Origin: Nitrospirota bacterium
GTDB lineage: Bacteria > Nitrospirota > UBA9217
Length of the DNA stretch: 50,209 bases
NCBI GenBank assembly: GCA_963790205.1
Contig: CAWBNQ010000012.1
Location: forward strand, 1 to 50,209
Direction of reading: 5' to 3'
Notes under the pieces: generated by a model
The model's database searches: none
Told to the model about the DNA's origin: nothing
Seen by the model: the letters and a program-made list of their open reading frames with translations, nothing else
Program-made: the position numbers and the translations under genes
Shown here: one piece after another, positions 1-16,581 of the stretch
Layout of the letters: every line of letters starts with the position of its first letter
Position numbering within the stretch: the stretch's first letter is position 1

Positions 1-433
1 CTACATTGTGAAGAACCGTACCGACGGGAATCGCGCTGATGGGTAACGCATTGCCCGGCTTGATATCCGCGGCCGGACCGGACACGATGCCGTCGCCGAC
101 GTTGAGGCCCACCGGAGCGATGATGTATCGTTTCTCGCCGTCGGCGTAATTCAGAAGCGCAATCCTCGACGAGCGGTTCGGATCATACTCGATATGTGCT
201 ACCGTTGCCGGAATGCCGGACTTGTCGCGTTTGAAATCGATGATCCGGTATTTCTTCTTATGCCAACCGCCCCGGTACCGCACCGTTATCTTGCCGCGGT
301 TGTTCCGGCCGCCGCTCTGGGTAAGTTTCTTGACCAGAGATTTTTCCGGCGTGCTTCGGGTCACTTCCTCGAATGTTGACGTGGTCTGGAAACGCCTTCC
401 AGGGGATGTTGGATTATAGGTCTTTACCGGCAT
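1..433 (-). CDS. rplB: 50S ribosomal protein L2, 5' part (runs off window edge)
   Basis: ATG at 433 directly after the rplW stop; reads [14 protein letters not shown]...[29 protein letters not shown]...[14 protein letters not shown]10 operon order. Confidence 0.95.
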   Translation of the reverse strand, partial: MPVKTYNPTSPGRRFQTTSTFEEVTRSTPEKSLVKKLTQSGGRNNRGKITVRYRGGWHKKKYRIIDFKRDKSGIPATVAHIEYDPNRSSRIALLNYADGEKRYIIAPVGLNVGDGIVSGPAADIKPGNALPISAIPVGTVLHNV

Positions 434-727
434 TTAAGCACCCTCGAATATGTCAATCTTCTCACCAGGCTTGAGCGTAACATAGGCTTTCTTCCAGTCC
501 GACGTGCGGCCAAGCCGCTGGCCCATGCGCTTCTTTTTACCCGCGCTTTTCACTGTTGTAACATCGGCCACCTTCACCTTGAAGATGCCCTCGATCGCCT
601 TCCGGACCTGCACCTTGTTCGCGTCGGTCCTTACTTCGAAGGTCAGAACGTTGTTTTTTTCCTTAAGGCGAGTGCCTTTTTCGGTTATCCGCGGCACCCG
701 TATGACGTCATAGAAATCCATGCTCAT
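434..727 (-). CDS. rplW: 50S ribosomal protein L23
   Basis: ITEK...ANKVQVRKAIE...WKKAYVTL motifs; operon position. Confidence 0.97.
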   Translation of the reverse strand: MSMDFYDVIRVPRITEKGTRLKEKNNVLTFEVRTDANKVQVRKAIEGIFKVKVADVTTVKSAGKKKRMGQRLGRTSDWKKAYVTLKPGEKIDIFEGA

Positions 728-1347
728 TTCCCGTATACCTCCTGCATGACAGTCAGGGCATCCTGGGTCGTAAGGAGGTACCGGTACTTGAGCACATCAT
801 AGACATTGATGTTGCCCATTCTCAGCACTTTTACCGACGGGATGTTCCTGGCAGCCAGGGTCAGGTTTTTGTTCTCGTCCTTAATGAGCACGAGAGCGTT
901 TTCCTGCACACCGAGGGTCTCGAGCAAAGCAGACATCAATTTAGTCTTGGGCTCCGCCAGATTGAGGGTGTCAATTACGATCAGTTTATTCTCAGCGACT
1001 TTTGATGCAATTGCGTCGACCAATGCCGCCCGCTTCGCCTTCTTCGGAAGCGAGTATGAGTAATCCCTCGGCATAGGACCGAAGCAGGTACCGCCGTGCC
1101 GCCAGAGCGGAGAACGAGTGCTTCCCGCGCGCGCGCGACCGGTGCCTTTCTGCTTCCACGGCTTTTTCCCGCCGCCGCTTACGAGCGCCTTGTTCTTTGT
1201 CGAGGCCGTCCCGGCCCTCTTGTTCGCGAGATGGTTCACCACGGCGGAGTGGAGGAGGTGAGTGCGTACTTCCGAGGTAAACGCGCCCGCAAGCTCCACA
1301 TCCTTTACTTTCTTATTGTTTTGATCAACCATTACGACTGATGGCAT
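724..1347 (-). CDS. rplD: 50S ribosomal protein L4
   Basis: GGGKKPWKQKGTGRARAGSTRSPLWRHGG signature. Confidence 0.98.
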   Translation of the reverse strand: MPSVVMVDQNNKKVKDVELAGAFTSEVRTHLLHSAVVNHLANKRAGTASTKNKALVSGGGKKPWKQKGTGRARAGSTRSPLWRHGGTCFGPMPRDYSYSLPKKAKRAALVDAIASKVAENKLIVIDTLNLAEPKTKLMSALLETLGVQENALVLIKDENKNLTLAARNIPSVKVLRMGNINVYDVLKYRYLLTTQDALTVMQEVYGK

Positions 1348-1368
1348 TTCAATAACCCTCTATTCCTC

Positions 1369-1983
1369 TTAATCAGCCTTATAGATAAGGAGCAGGCCAT
1401 TATCACCGCCCGGCACAGCCCCGCGGACGAACAATAAATTCTGATCAGGCCGTACGTCTACAATCTCCAAATTTTTTATCGTCTTATTGTCCATTCCCAT
1501 GTGTCCCGGCAGCTTCTTGCCGGGCCATACACGCGACGGATACGCGCTGGCGCCGATGGAGCCCGGCGCCCGGTTGAACATGGAGCCGTGACCGCCTGGA
1601 CCGCCGGAAAACTTGTGCCGTTTCATAACGCCCGCAAAACCTTTGCCTTTGCTGACGCCGCTCACTTCGACAAGTTCACCTTTTTTAAAGATGTCGACGG
1701 TAACAACCTGCCCTTGTTCGAATTCACCCGTACGAAATTCTCGCAGAAAACGATGCGGTTGCACGCTCGCCTTCTTAAAGTGGCCTGCAATGGCTTTCGT
1801 TATGCGGCCTTGTTTTTTCTCTTCTTCAAAGGCCAATTGCGCAGACTCGTAGCCGTCTTTTTCCGCAGTCTTCTTTTGAACCACCGTGCAGGGACCTGCC
1901 TGGATCACCGTCACCGGGATCAGTTCCCCGCCGCTGAAGTGCTGGCTCATGCCTATTTTTTTACCGATAATCCCCTTGCTCAT
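1369..1983 (-). CDS. rplC: 50S ribosomal protein L3
   Basis: GKKIGMSQ, SKGKGFAGVMKRH, GAVPG motifs; start set at ATG 1983 (MSKGIIG). Confidence 0.97.
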   Translation of the reverse strand: MSKGIIGKKIGMSQHFSGGELIPVTVIQAGPCTVVQKKTAEKDGYESAQLAFEEEKKQGRITKAIAGHFKKASVQPHRFLREFRTGEFEQGQVVTVDIFKKGELVEVSGVSKGKGFAGVMKRHKFSGGPGGHGSMFNRAPGSIGASAYPSRVWPGKKLPGHMGMDNKTIKNLEIVDVRPDQNLLFVRGAVPGGDNGLLLIYKAD

Positions 1984-2061
1984 TTCATATCCCCTCACCC
2001 GCGATCCGGATGCGCTTCGTGCATTGTCCTGCATCTGAGGCAGCGGTTGGTTTCAAGACGA

Positions 2062-2367
2062 CTACAGCTTAATCTCCACATCAACGCCTGCAGCAAGATC
2101 GAGCTTCATCAGCGCGTCCACGGTCTGCGGCGTAGGGTCCAGGATATCCATCAGGCGCTTATGCGTCCTGATTTCAAACTGTTCCCGTGACTTCTTGTCA
2201 ACATGGGGAGAGCGAAGCACTGTCCAGCGGTTTATCCTGGTCGGCAGCGGAATCGGACCGGACACCTTGGCACCGGTCCTCTTGGCTGTATCCATGATCT
2301 CTAAAGCCGACTGGTCGAGCAGTCTGTGGTCGTATCCCTTTAATCGTATTCTGATCTTCTGTGTCAC
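2062..2367 (-). CDS. rpsJ: 30S ribosomal protein S10
   Basis: [28 protein letters not shown]. Confidence 0.98.
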   Translation of the reverse strand: MTQKIRIRLKGYDHRLLDQSALEIMDTAKRTGAKVSGPIPLPTRINRWTVLRSPHVDKKSREQFEIRTHKRLMDILDPTPQTVDALMKLDLAAGVDVEIKL

Positions 2368-2405
2368 TGACGTTCCCTTCTTCTGTCGCTCGTATCGATA
2401 GTTAC

Positions 2406-3605
2406 TTATTCAATAACTTCCGTGATAACTCCTGCTCCCACGGTCCGGCCGCCCTCGCGGATGGCGAAGCGCAGGCCCTTGTCCATGGCGATCGGCGTGA
2501 TGAGCTCAACGCTGCAGGTCATGTTGTCGCCCGGCATCACCATCTCGACGCCTTCTGCAAGCGTCACCACTCCCGTCACGTCCGTGGTGCGGAAGTAGAA
2601 CTGGGGACGGTAGCCTTTGAAGAACGGCGTGTGCCGGCCGCCTTCTTCCTTCGTCAGTACGTACGCCTCGGCCTTGAACTTGGTGTGGGGGGTGATGCTG
2701 CCCGGCTTGGCCAGGACCATGCCACGCTCCACCTCTTCCTTCTTGACGCCCCGGAGCAGGACGCCGACGTTGTCTCCGGCCTCGCCTTGGTCCAGAAGCT
2801 TCCGAAACATCTCAACACCCGTGACTACCGTCTTCTGCGTGGGCTTGATCCCCACGATCTCGATTTCATCGCCCACCTTCACGATGCCGCGCTCGATCCT
2901 GCCGGTCACCACGGTGCCGCGGCCGGCAATGGAGAACACGTCTTCGAGCGGCATGAGATAGGGCTTGTCAATGTCGCGCTTGGGCTGGGGAATATAGCTG
3001 TCTACGGCTGCCATGAGCTCCAGGATACTCTTGTACTCAGGCGCGTTGACGTCCTTGCTCTCGCTCTGGAGTGCCTTTAAGGCGCTCCCCTTGATGATCG
3101 GGGTCTTGTCCCCGGGGAATTGGTACTTGGACAGAAGCTCGCGGATCTCGAGCTCGACGAGCTCGATCAACTCGGGGTCGTCCACCATGTCCACCTTGTT
3201 CATGTAGACGACGATATAGGGCACGCCGACCTGACGGGCCAGCAGGATGTGTTCCCGGGTCTGGGGCATCGGGCCGTCCGCGGCCGAGACCACCAGAATC
3301 GCGCCGTCCATCTGGGCGGCCCCGGTGATCATGTTCTTGACGTAGTCGGCATGGCCGGGGCAGTCGACGTGGGCGTAGTGACGGTTGTCCGTCTGGTACT
3401 CCACGTGCGCCGTGGCGATCGTGATGCCGCGCTCCCGCTCTTCCGGGGCCTTGTCGATCTGGTCGTAGGCCACGAAACTCGCGAAATTCTTAAACGACAG
3501 CACCTTCGTGATGGCCGCCGTCAAGGTCGTCTTGCCGTGGTCCACGTGGCCGATGGTGCCCACGTTCACATGAGGTTTTGTCCTCTCAAATTTTGCCTTT
3601 GCCAT
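2406..3605 (-). CDS. tuf: Elongation factor Tu (str operon copy)
   Basis: [28 protein letters not shown]; 399 aa. Confidence 0.99.
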   Translation of the reverse strand: MAKAKFERTKPHVNVGTIGHVDHGKTTLTAAITKVLSFKNFASFVAYDQIDKAPEERERGITIATAHVEYQTDNRHYAHVDCPGHADYVKNMITGAAQMDGAILVVSAADGPMPQTREHILLARQVGVPYIVVYMNKVDMVDDPELIELVELEIRELLSKYQFPGDKTPIIKGSALKALQSESKDVNAPEYKSILELMAAVDSYIPQPKRDIDKPYLMPLEDVFSIAGRGTVVTGRIERGIVKVGDEIEIVGIKPTQKTVVTGVEMFRKLLDQGEAGDNVGVLLRGVKKEEVERGMVLAKPGSITPHTKFKAEAYVLTKEEGGRHTPFFKGYRPQFYFRTTDVTGVVTLAEGVEMVMPGDNMTCSVELITPIAMDKGLRFAIREGGRTVGAGVITEVIE

Positions 3606-3658
3606 GCTGTCCGCCTCCTGTCGGGAAGTGAAACCCTAAATTAATAGTGAAATTATGA

Positions 3659-5749
3659 TTACTTCTTAACTGTCTCGCCTTTAACTTTGGCGATGATCTG
3701 CTCTGATATCGTTTTTGGCACTTCTTCGTAATGTGCAAACTGCATCGTATAAGTCGCCCTGCCCTGGGTCTTAGACCTGATATCAGTCGCGTAACCGAAC
3801 ATTTCCGAAAGCGGAACCTGCGCCGCAATGACTCTTCCGGCACCTCTCATATTCATGCTCTGCACGCGTCCGCGGCGGGAATTCAGATCGCCGATAATAT
3901 CTCCCATATACTCCTCGGCGCAGACAACCTCGACCGCCATGATCGGTTCGAGCAGCACCGGATTGGCTTTATTCGCACCTTCTTTGAAAGCCATAGATCC
4001 GGCGATCTTAAATGCCATTTCCGATGAGTCGACATCGTGATAAGACCCGTCAATAAGGGTTGCCTTCATATCAACAACGGGATAGCCGGCAATCACACCG
4101 TTCTCCATAGCCTCAATGATGCCCTTCTCGATCGGCGCAACATATTCCTTGGGAACCGAACCGCCGACGGTCTTATTCACAAACTCAAATCCCTTACCCG
4201 GCTCCTGCGGTTCGAGTTCGAGCACCGCGTGCCCGTACTGGCCCCGACCGCCGGTCTGGCGAATATATTTACCTTCTGCAGTAACTTTTTTCTTGATCGT
4301 TTCCCGATACGCCACCTGGGGCTTGCCTACGTTCGCATCAACTTTGAACTCACGCAAAAGACGGTCGACGATGATTTCCAGATGAAGCTCACCCATACCC
4401 GAGATGATGACCTGCCCGGTCTCCTGATCAGTCATCACGCGGAAGGACGGGTCTTCCTGCATGAGCTTCTGAAGCGAGAAACCCAGTTTTTCCTGGTCTG
4501 CCTTGGTCTTAGGCTCAATGGCCACGGAAATCACCGGCTCCGGAAAAATCATGGCCTCCAGGATGACCGGCTTGCTTTCATCACAGAGCGTATGCCCGGT
4601 GAGCGTGCTTTTGAGTCCCACAGCCGCGCAGATATCGCCGGAATAGATCTGTTCTATCTCTTCACGCTTGTTCGCGTGCATTTTGAGCAGCCTGCCGACG
4701 CGCTCCCTGGTCCCCTTGGTAGAATTGTATACATACGACCCGGATGTCAGCGTCCCGGAATAGACCCGGATGAACGTGAGCTGCCCCACGAATGGATCAG
4801 TCATGATCTTGAACGCAATGCCTGCAAAAGGCTCGCTGTCAGAGGCCGTGCGAACTACTTCCTCGCCCTTAGGGCCAATGCCTCTGACCGGAGGGATGTC
4901 CAGAGGAGACGGGAGGTAGTCCACCACTGCATCGAGGAGAAGCTGAACGCCCTTATTCTTGAATGCAGACCCGCAAATGACCGGGAAAATGCTCATGGCG
5001 ATCGTACCTTTGCGAATCGCGGCCATGATCTCAGCCTCCGTCGGCGTATCTCCGTTCAGGAATTTCTCCATCACGGTGTCGTCAGCGTCGGCAACCTTCT
5101 CAATCATCTTCTCCCGGTACTCTTTTGCTTTGGGAAGGAGATCGGCAGGGATGTCTTCAATGACATATTTTGCACCAAGTGTTTCGTCGTCGAACAGGAC
5201 AGCCTTCATCTTCACGAGATCAATGCAACCGCGGAATTTATCTTCAGCGCCAATAGGAAGCTGGATCGGCACCGCGTTCGCACCAAGCCGGTCGACCATC
5301 GACTGCACGCTCATGTAAAAGTCCGCACCGATGCGATCCATCTTATTCATGAAAGCGATGCGCGGGACTTGATACTTGTCAGCCTGACGCCAAACAGTCT
5401 CGGACTGAGGTTCCACTCCGCTCACCGAATCAAAGGCCGCGACCGCGCCATCGAGCACGCGGAGCGAGCGCTCCACCTCAATGGTAAAGTCCACGTGGCC
5501 GGGCGTGTCGATGATATTGATACGTTTGTCCCGCCAGAAGCAGGTCGTTGCGGCCGAGGTGATAGTGATACCGCGCTCCTGCTCCTGCACCATCCAGTCC
5601 ATGACGGCAGTACCGTCATGCACTTCGCCGATCTTATAGGAAACACCGGTATAGTAAAGGATGCGCTCCGTCGTCGTTGTTTTACCGGCGTCGATATGAG
5701 CCATGATACCGATGTTACGTGTATTTTCGAGTGAATACTGCCTTGCCAA
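3659..5749 (-). CDS. fusA: Elongation factor G
   Basis: [31 protein letters not shown]; 696 aa. Confidence 0.99.
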   Translation of the reverse strand: MARQYSLENTRNIGIMAHIDAGKTTTTERILYYTGVSYKIGEVHDGTAVMDWMVQEQERGITITSAATTCFWRDKRINIIDTPGHVDFTIEVERSLRVLDGAVAAFDSVSGVEPQSETVWRQADKYQVPRIAFMNKMDRIGADFYMSVQSMVDRLGANAVPIQLPIGAEDKFRGCIDLVKMKAVLFDDETLGAKYVIEDIPADLLPKAKEYREKMIEKVADADDTVMEKFLNGDTPTEAEIMAAIRKGTIAMSIFPVICGSAFKNKGVQLLLDAVVDYLPSPLDIPPVRGIGPKGEEVVRTASDSEPFAGIAFKIMTDPFVGQLTFIRVYSGTLTSGSYVYNSTKGTRERVGRLLKMHANKREEIEQIYSGDICAAVGLKSTLTGHTLCDESKPVILEAMIFPEPVISVAIEPKTKADQEKLGFSLQKLMQEDPSFRVMTDQETGQVIISGMGELHLEIIVDRLLREFKVDANVGKPQVAYRETIKKKVTAEGKYIRQTGGRGQYGHAVLELEPQEPGKGFEFVNKTVGGSVPKEYVAPIEKGIIEAMENGVIAGYPVVDMKATLIDGSYHDVDSSEMAFKIAGSMAFKEGANKANPVLLEPIMAVEVVCAEEYMGDIIGDLNSRRGRVQSMNMRGAGRVIAAQVPLSEMFGYATDIRSKTQGRATYTMQFAHYEEVPKTISEQIIAKVKGETVKK

Positions 5750-5775
5750 AACTGCCTCCGTCTTAGATAAGCACC

Positions 5776-6246
5776 CTACCAGCGATAATGAGCGAATGCC
5801 TTATTGGCATCTGCCATACGGTGAATGTCTTCTTTCTTCTTCACGGCTGCGCCGGTGTTGTTCGATGCATCAAGAATTTCACCAGCAAGCTTTTCGACCA
5901 TGGATTTTTCAGGCCGTTGAGAGGCATAGAGCCTGAGCCAGCGGTACGCTAACGACAGCCTGCGCGGCTGCTTAACCTCGATCGGAACCTGGTACGAGGC
6001 GCCACCCACCCTGCGCGACTTCACCTCGAGCGTTGGCTTCAGATTGTCTATTGCCTTTTTAAAAATAGCAATCGGGTCGCCATTGGTCTTCTGCTGAATT
6101 CGATCGAGCGCCTTGTAGCAAATGGCCTCAGCCGTGCTCTTCTTGCCCTTGCGCATGAGCACGTTTACGAACTTAGCGAGCATTTTGCTGTTATATTTTG
6201 GATCCGGTAATGCTTCTCTTTTTACAACAACGCTTTTTCTCGGCAT
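5776..6246 (-). CDS. rpsG: 30S ribosomal protein S7
   Basis: [28 protein letters not shown]. Confidence 0.99.
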   Translation of the reverse strand: MPRKSVVVKREALPDPKYNSKMLAKFVNVLMRKGKKSTAEAICYKALDRIQQKTNGDPIAIFKKAIDNLKPTLEVKSRRVGGASYQVPIEVKQPRRLSLAYRWLRLYASQRPEKSMVEKLAGEILDASNNTGAAVKKKEDIHRMADANKAFAHYRW

Positions 6247-6304
6247 AGTGTTCCGTCAAATCTGTTGCCCCGTGAGGCACCGGTTTGACCCTGCTCCTTA
6301 GCTA

Positions 6305-6676
6305 TTATTTAGGCCTTTTTGCGCCGTACTTAGAGCGACCTTGCTTACGATTTGCAACCCCAACGGTATCGAGCGTCCCTCTCACAATATGATAACGAAC
6401 GCCCGGCAAATCCTTCACCCTCCCGCCGCGGATGAGCACGATAGAGTGTTCCTGCAGATTGTGCCCCACCCCGGGAATGTAGGTAGTAACTTCCATACCG
6501 TTCGTGAGCCTCACCCTAGCCACCTTCCGGAGGGCCGAGTTCGGCTTCTTCGGCGTCGTGGTATACACTCTGATGCAAACCCCCCTCTTCTGAGGGCAAC
6601 TTCTGAGTGCAGGGCTCTTGGTCTTCGTAGCAGCCAGTGACCTGCCTTTTCTTACCAGTTGACTAATTGTTGGCAC
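6305..6676 (-). CDS. rpsL: 30S ribosomal protein S12
   Basis: [28 protein letters not shown]. Confidence 0.99.
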   Translation of the reverse strand: MPTISQLVRKGRSLAATKTKSPALRSCPQKRGVCIRVYTTTPKKPNSALRKVARVRLTNGMEVTTYIPGVGHNLQEHSIVLIRGGRVKDLPGVRYHIVRGTLDTVGVANRKQGRSKYGAKRPK

Positions 6677-6740
6677 GTTAATTACTCCTTAAAAACAGAA
6701 ACATAGCAAAGTTTCAATAACATTGAGTCAAAACCCGGTG

Positions 6741-6769
6741 ATTATATCGGTAAATGAGCTTCTTGTCAA
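6741..6769 (-). promoter_or_regulatory. sigma70 promoter of the str operon
   Basis: Exact TTGACA-17 nt-TATAAT on the minus strand with an AT-rich upstream tract. Confidence 0.85.
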
Positions 6770-6849
6770 GATTTTTTTTATTTCCTTTAAATTAATAACT
6801 AATGGCCGAACGCACAGAGCGGCGTCCTCATAGCGCTCGGCCGTATCCT

Positions 6850-10986
<4,137 letters not shown>

Positions 10987-11003
10987 AGTGGACCTCCAAT
11001 AAA

Positions 11004-11076
11004 GCCGTAAGGCGGAAGGCGTGAGAGCAGGAGGGGATTATCATTTTCCCTTCCCCCTTACGCCTAACCCCTTCCG
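11004..11076. repeat. Degenerate 7-mer inverted arrays between rpoB and rpoC
   Basis: gtaaggc/ggaaggc/gtgagag ... cccttac/gcctaac/ccctt. Confidence 0.5.
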
Positions 11077-11089
11077 GGCTTTCAATCAT

Positions 11090-14000
11090 CTATCTTGCTG
11101 ACGAAATCTTTTCTAGTCCTATCACCCGTTCTTTTTCATTCTTACGCTCGATGAGTTCAACATCAAGGCACAGGCTCTGGAGTTCCTTGATAAGCACATA
11201 GAAGGATTCGGGCAGGCCGGGCTCGAGTGTATTTTCACCTTTCACGATCGCCTCGTAGATCTTTGCCCTTCCGGACACGTCGTCCGACTTGACCGTGAGG
11301 AATTCCTGGAGACAGTACGCCGCGCCGTAGGCCTGGAGCGCCCAGACCTCCATCTCGCCGAGGCGCTGGCCGCCGAACTGGGCTTTACCGCCGAGCGGCT
11401 GCTGCGTCACGAGAGAATAGGGGCCGATGGAACGCGCATGCAGCTTGTCATCGACCAAATGGTGCAGCTTCAGCATATACATGTAACCGACGGTCACCGG
11501 CTTGTCGAAGGGCTCGCCCGTACGTCCGTCGTGAAGTATTGACTGACCAGTCAGGGGGAGCTTGGCCTCCTTCAAGAGCGAGCGGATCCGCTCCTCCGAG
11601 GCGCCATCGAACACCGGCGTTGCCACGTGCAGACCCAGAGCCTTCGCGGCCCAGCCCAGATGCGTCTCAAGAATCTGTCCCACGTTCATACGGGAAGGCA
11701 CGCCGAGCGGGTTCAGAACAATCTCAACGGGTGTGCCGTCGGGAAGATATGGCATGTCCTCTTCCGGCACGATCTTTGATACAACGCCCTTGTTTCCGTG
11801 CCGACCCGCCATCTTGTCGCCGACGGAGAGCTTTCGCTTCATGGCTACATAGGCCTTTACGAGCTTGACCACCCCGGGAGGCAGATCGTCTCCCCGTTTC
11901 AGCCTACCGATCTTCTCATCGTAGATAGCCTCAAGGATGCCGAGTTGGTTCTCGGAACTATCGAGGATTTCCTGGAGCTTGGCCGGGTAGTCTTCCGACT
12001 CAACCTTGATCTTGGCATAATCCTTTTCCGGCAGCTTATCGAGCACCTCGGCAGTAATCTTCTTGCCCTTGGCCAACTCGGTCTTCCCGGTCCTGGAGTT
12101 TACGATTTTATCAGCGGCCGTCTTGCCGATCAAAAGTCTCCTGATACGCTTGTACCGGTCTTCTTTTTCGGCGCGGACCTCCTCCGAGTACTCCTTTTGG
12201 AGCCGCGCGATCTCTTCACTCTCCTGGGTCTTGAGACGTTCGTTCTTGTCCTCGCCTTTGCGCGAAAACACCTTGACATCGATCACCGTGCCTTCGATGC
12301 CCGGAGGCGCATAAAGCGAAGCATCTCGCACGTCACCGGCCTTTTCGCCGAAAATAGCGCGGAGGAGCTTTTCCTCCGGGGTAAGCTGCGTCTCGCCTTT
12401 GGGTGTCACCTTGCCGATAAGGATATCGCCGGGCATGACCTCGGCGCCGATACGGATAATCCCGTTCTCGTCGAGGTTCCGGAGCGTTTCTTCGCCAAGG
12501 TTCGGAATGTCGCGGGTAATCTCTTCCTTGCCAAGTTTGGTGTCACGGGCCTCGATCTCGAACTCCTCGATATGGATAGAGGTGTAGCGGTCCTCTTTCA
12601 CGAGTTTTTCGCTGATAATGATCGCATCTTCATAATTGTAGCCGCTCCAGGGCATGAAGGCCACGAGCACGTTCTGGCCGAGCGCGAGTTCACCGAGGTC
12701 CGTGGCCGGCCCGTCAGCGATCACCTGGCCTTTTTTAACTTTGTCGCCCGCACGCACAATCGGCTTCTGGTTCATGCAGGTGTTCTGGTTGGAGCGATAG
12801 AACTTGGTGAGCGGATAGGTGTCAACAACCGTCCGGCCCTTGGCGTCTTCACCTTTAATCACAATGCGAGTGGAATCCACCCCTTCGACGATACCGTCAC
12901 GCTTGACCGATACAATCGCGCCGGAGTCTCGGGCCGCGACCCGCTCCATACCGGTGCCGACTACGGGCGCCTGGGGCCTCAAGAGCGGCACAGCCTGGCG
13001 CTGCATGTTCGATCCCATGAGTGCGCGGTTTGCGTCGTCGTTTTCGAGGAATGGGATAAGGGCTGCCGAAACCGATACGATCTGCTTCGGCGAAACATCC
13101 ATATATTGTACTTCCTCGGCGGAGACCAGCTTGAACTCGCCGCCTACACGCGCCGACACGCTGTCCACGGCAATCTTACCGCGGCTGTCCACGGGTGTGT
13201 TCGCCTGGGCGATCACATAATTTTCTCCGTCCACTGCCGAAAGATACTCAATCGCGTCCGTCACCTTACTAGCCTTGACTTCCCGGTAGGGGGCCTCAAT
13301 AAAGCCGTAGTCATTGACGCGGGCATAGGTGGCCAGCGAGACGATGAGACCGATGTTCGGGCCTTCCGGCGTCTCGATCGGGCAGATCCTGCCGTAATGG
13401 GTGGTATGCACGTCGCGCACCTCGAACCCCGCTCGCTCGCGCGTGAGGCCGCCGGGACCGAGGGCCGATAACCTGCGTTTGTGCGTTATCTCCGCCAAAG
13501 GGTTTGTCTGGTCCATAAACTGCGAGAGCTGGCTCGACCCGAAAAACTCCTTGATGGCTGCGATCACCGGCTTGGGGTTGATGATGTCATGCGGCATGAG
13601 CGTGTCCACGTCCTGAAGGCTCATGCGCTCCTTAATGGCGCGTTCCATACGTGCAAGACCGATGCGGATCTGATTTTCGAGGAGCTCACCCACAGACCGC
13701 ACGCGACGGTTGCCGAGATGATCGATATCGTCCACCTCGCCTTTACCGGTTCGCAAATTGACGAGGTAGCGGATCACCTCGACCACATCCTGGGCGGTAA
13801 GCGTGGTTTTATCGATCGGAATGTCTAATTTCAATTTTTTGTTCAGCTTCAGCCTGCCGACGTTCGAAAGATCATAACGCTTGGAGTTGAAGAACATGCC
13901 GGAGAAGAGGTTCCGCGCCATCTCGACCGTCGGCGGCTCGCCGGGACGCATCTTGCGGTAGATCTCGAGGAGCGCCTCGTCGGAGGACTGCACTTTGTCC

Positions 14001-15082
14001 GCGAGGAGCGTGTCGCGTATCGCCGCAATCACATGGATGCCGTCCATGTAGATCACTTCAATCTTCTCGATCTTGGTGGTGACGATCCTGGCCAGGAAAG
14101 CATCGGTAATTTTTTCGTTCGCGGGCAGGAGCACCTCACCCGTCTCCGGGTCGATAACGTCACGAAGGACGATACGATCGATGAGTTCCTCGCGGGCAAT
14201 AGGGACCTCTGTGATGCCGGCAGCTTCCATCTTCTTGATGGCCATGCGGGTGATCTTGGCGCCCTCTTTCACGATCACTTCGCGCGTCGTCTTGTCCGTG
14301 AGCGTGATCGGCGCCTTGAGGCCGGTGAGCACGTCGGCAAGAACACCACGCGTGAAGCTATCCTTCTTGATCTTTATGTCTTCAATAGGATAGTACATGC
14401 GGAGAAGGTCTTCATTCGAATACCCGAATGATTTGAGCAGGATGGTTGCGGGTATCTTTCGCCGACGGTCTATCCTGACATATACGATATCCTTGACGTC
14501 GAATTCGAAGTCGAGCCAGGAACCGCGGTAGGGGATGATCCTGGCTGAATAAAGGATCTTGCCGCTCGCATGGGTTTTTCCTTTGTCATGAGTAAAGAAC
14601 GCGCCCGGAGACCGGTGGAGCTGGCTCACTACCACACGCTCGGTACCGTTTACGATGAACGTGCCTGTTTCCGTCATGAGAGGAAGATCGCCGACGTACA
14701 CCTCCTGCTCCTTGATGTCCTTTACTCTCTTCGTCGCGGTCTGTTCGTCCTTTTCAAAGAATACGAGGCGCGTTTTGATCTTAAGCGGCGCGGCATAGGT
14801 AGCTCCGCGCTGCAGGCACTCCCAGATGCTGTACTTCGGGTCGCCGAGGGAGAAGCCGAGATAATCCACCATTGCAGTCTCGTTGAAATCGTATATGGGG
14901 AATACGCTTTTGAACGCTGCCTGGAGTCCCATATCCTTTCGTTTGTCCGAAGCAATATCCTTCTGGAGAAAGAAATCATAAGACCTTTTTTGTATCTCGA
15001 TAAGATCGGGAATCTCCAGGATTGTCGGAATCCTTGAATAATCCTTCCTTACGCGGGTCAGTTCTCTTTTTTCTTTAGACAT
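11090..15082 (-). CDS. rpoB: RNA polymerase beta subunit
   Basis: [51 protein letters not shown]; 1330 aa. Confidence 0.99.
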   Translation of the reverse strand: MSKEKRELTRVRKDYSRIPTILEIPDLIEIQKRSYDFFLQKDIASDKRKDMGLQAAFKSVFPIYDFNETAMVDYLGFSLGDPKYSIWECLQRGATYAAPLKIKTRLVFFEKDEQTATKRVKDIKEQEVYVGDLPLMTETGTFIVNGTERVVVSQLHRSPGAFFTHDKGKTHASGKILYSARIIPYRGSWLDFEFDVKDIVYVRIDRRRKIPATILLKSFGYSNEDLLRMYYPIEDIKIKKDSFTRGVLADVLTGLKAPITLTDKTTREVIVKEGAKITRMAIKKMEAAGITEVPIAREELIDRIVLRDVIDPETGEVLLPANEKITDAFLARIVTTKIEKIEVIYMDGIHVIAAIRDTLLADKVQSSDEALLEIYRKMRPGEPPTVEMARNLFSGMFFNSKRYDLSNVGRLKLNKKLKLDIPIDKTTLTAQDVVEVIRYLVNLRTGKGEVDDIDHLGNRRVRSVGELLENQIRIGLARMERAIKERMSLQDVDTLMPHDIINPKPVIAAIKEFFGSSQLSQFMDQTNPLAEITHKRRLSALGPGGLTRERAGFEVRDVHTTHYGRICPIETPEGPNIGLIVSLATYARVNDYGFIEAPYREVKASKVTDAIEYLSAVDGENYVIAQANTPVDSRGKIAVDSVSARVGGEFKLVSAEEVQYMDVSPKQIVSVSAALIPFLENDDANRALMGSNMQRQAVPLLRPQAPVVGTGMERVAARDSGAIVSVKRDGIVEGVDSTRIVIKGEDAKGRTVVDTYPLTKFYRSNQNTCMNQKPIVRAGDKVKKGQVIADGPATDLGELALGQNVLVAFMPWSGYNYEDAIIISEKLVKEDRYTSIHIEEFEIEARDTKLGKEEITRDIPNLGEETLRNLDENGIIRIGAEVMPGDILIGKVTPKGETQLTPEEKLLRAIFGEKAGDVRDASLYAPPGIEGTVIDVKVFSRKGEDKNERLKTQESEEIARLQKEYSEEVRAEKEDRYKRIRRLLIGKTAADKIVNSRTGKTELAKGKKITAEVLDKLPEKDYAKIKVESEDYPAKLQEILDSSENQLGILEAIYDEKIGRLKRGDDLPPGVVKLVKAYVAMKRKLSVGDKMAGRHGNKGVVSKIVPEEDMPYLPDGTPVEIVLNPLGVPSRMNVGQILETHLGWAAKALGLHVATPVFDGASEERIRSLLKEAKLPLTGQSILHDGRTGEPFDKPVTVGYMYMLKLHHLVDDKLHARSIGPYSLVTQQPLGGKAQFGGQRLGEMEVWALQAYGAAYCLQEFLTVKSDDVSGRAKIYEAIVKGENTLEPGLPESFYVLIKELQSLCLDVELIERKNEKERVIGLEKISSAR

Positions 15083-15105
15083 AGGTACTCCCTTTAAGAA
15101 GCATT

Positions 15106-15217
15106 AATTGCAAATTGTAAAGTGCAAAGTGCAAAAAACAAGTCGGATTAAGAAGATAAACTCAAAGTCAGTGCTTTTAATTTTACCATTTGCGTTATTC
15201 ATTTTGCAATTTTCAAT
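15106..15217. repeat. 7-mer inverted arrays upstream of rpoB
   Basis: aattgca/aattgta/aagtgca/aagtgca ... attttac/catttgc/.../attttgc/aattttc. Confidence 0.6.
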
Positions 15218-15266
15218 ACTGTTGAGCCGTTCCTAAATGGCGAAATAATGCACTATCCATAAACGC

Positions 15267-15311
15267 AAAAAGTCCTCTGCCCTCCGGACGACTGCCGGAG
15301 GGCAAGGACTT
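15267..15311 (-). terminator. Intrinsic terminator/attenuator between rplL and rpoB
   Basis: Minus strand AAGTCCTTGCCCTCCGG-cagtcgt-CCGGAGGGCAGAGGACTTTTT: long GC stem plus U tract at the position of the known rplL-rpoB attenuator. Confidence 0.8.
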
Positions 15312-15336
15312 GGCAAATGAAGCTGTGATTGCGATC

Positions 15337-15711
15337 TTACTTTACCTCGACGGTTGCGCCTGCTTCGGCAAGCTTCTTCTTCATGGTCTCCGCGTCTTCT
15401 TTGGAAACACCGGTCTTCACCGGCTTGGGAGCGCCTTCCACCAGGTCCTTTGCTTCCTTGAGGCCAAGGCCCGTAAGCTCACGCACTACTTTAATCACGT
15501 TAATTTTTTGGGCGCCGGCGCTCGCGAGGATCACGTCAAAAGCGGTTTTCTCTTCCACCGCTGTTGCACCACCCCCTGCGCCAGCGGCTGCAACTGCCAC
15601 GGGCGCTGCTGCGGACACGCCCCACTTCTCTTCGAGCATCTTGCTCAGCTCTGCTGCTTCAAGAACGGTCAAGCCGCTCAATTCATCAACTATTTTCGCC
15701 AAATCTGCCAT
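15337..15711 (-). CDS. rplL: 50S ribosomal protein L7/L12
   Basis: [24 protein letters not shown]. Confidence 0.99.
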   Translation of the reverse strand: MADLAKIVDELSGLTVLEAAELSKMLEEKWGVSAAAPVAVAAAGAGGGATAVEEKTAFDVILASAGAQKINVIKVVRELTGLGLKEAKDLVEGAPKPVKTGVSKEDAETMKKKLAEAGATVEVK

Positions 15712-15787
15712 GGGACAATTCCTCCTGAAATTTTTTCTGAACTTTTTTTTAAAATACGCGCCCGTTCTACGAGTGCGCTCTTACGAC

Positions 15788-16300
15788 TTAACCTTTATCT
15801 GCCTTCGCCTTCATGACCCTGGCGATCTGGCCGCCCGGCGCTGCGAGCACGACGGCGATCCTCGATGCCGGCGCCTGGAGAAGACCGACGATCTTCCCGC
15901 GGAGCACGTTCAGCGAGGGCAGGCTTGCCAGCGCTTTGATGTCCGCCTGTTTCAGCAGCTTTCCGTCGAGCACTCCGACCTTGAGTTCAAGCTTGGCCTG
16001 GGTCTTGCTGAAATCAAAGAGCACCCGGGACGGTGCGACCACGTCATCATACCCGAGTGCTATGCCCACGGGGCCGACGAAGTGATCCTTGAGCGGTTCG
16101 AGGCCGGTGCCTTCCGCCGCCTTGCGCGCCAGGGTGTTCTTCACCACGCGGTATTCAACCTGTGCCTTGCGCAGCTTGGAGCGGAGTTCGGTGATCTGCT
16201 CCACATTGATCCCGGAGTACCCGGTGATCACCGCGGTCTTTGCGCGTGCGAACTTTTCGTGGAGCTCATCAATTGCCTCTTTTTTCTCTTCTTTATTCAA
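15788..16300 (-). CDS. rplJ: 50S ribosomal protein L10
   Basis: YRVVKNTLARKA, LASLPS; TTG start at 16300 after AGGAGG. Confidence 0.96.
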   Translation of the reverse strand: MNKEEKKEAIDELHEKFARAKTAVITGYSGINVEQITELRSKLRKAQVEYRVVKNTLARKAAEGTGLEPLKDHFVGPVGIALGYDDVVAPSRVLFDFSKTQAKLELKVGVLDGKLLKQADIKALASLPSLNVLRGKIVGLLQAPASRIAVVLAAPGGQIARVMKAKADKG

Positions 16301-16390
16301 CGCTGTCCTCCTTTCTTCCAAGAGTTCCCGATGACCAGCCCGGGAATCTCGAAAGAAAGCAGCGGGTAAACGCTCTCGTCTTTCTCTGAC

Positions 16391-16472
16391 CCGGGTCTCG
16401 GCAGGCCCTGTGAGGGATTAAACAGGAAGAGCATTTACTATCGCATCCGCCTGTGCCTGCTGTCTCGGACCG
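16391..16472 (-). promoter_or_regulatory. L10 leader (ribosomal protein autoregulatory RNA)
   Basis: Minus strand CCGAGACAGCAGG...TTTAA...CCTGCCGAGA matches the L10-leader core; upstream of rplJ. Confidence 0.8.
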
Positions 16473-16509
16473 CACCCCTTTCTCAGGAGCCGACCTTTTT
16501 GTTTACTGC

Positions 16510-16572
16510 AAATACCAAATTCTCAATCCAACATCCTAACGTGTTAGGATATAGTGCTTCGATATTTGGATT
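16510..16572. repeat. Degenerate 7-mer inverted arrays with a central 18-bp palindrome
   Basis: aatacca/aattctc/aatccaa - ATCCTAAC gt GTTAGGAT - gtgcttc/gatattt/ggatttt. Confidence 0.5.
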
Positions 16573-16581
16573 TTTCTTTTA

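Noticed and set aside
4037..5734. Long plus-strand ORFs (565 aa here; also 11798-13471, 27454-28962, 30081-31352, 35933-37168, 37257-38576)
   Set aside because: Antisense shadows of conserved high-GC genes, with no recognisable motifs
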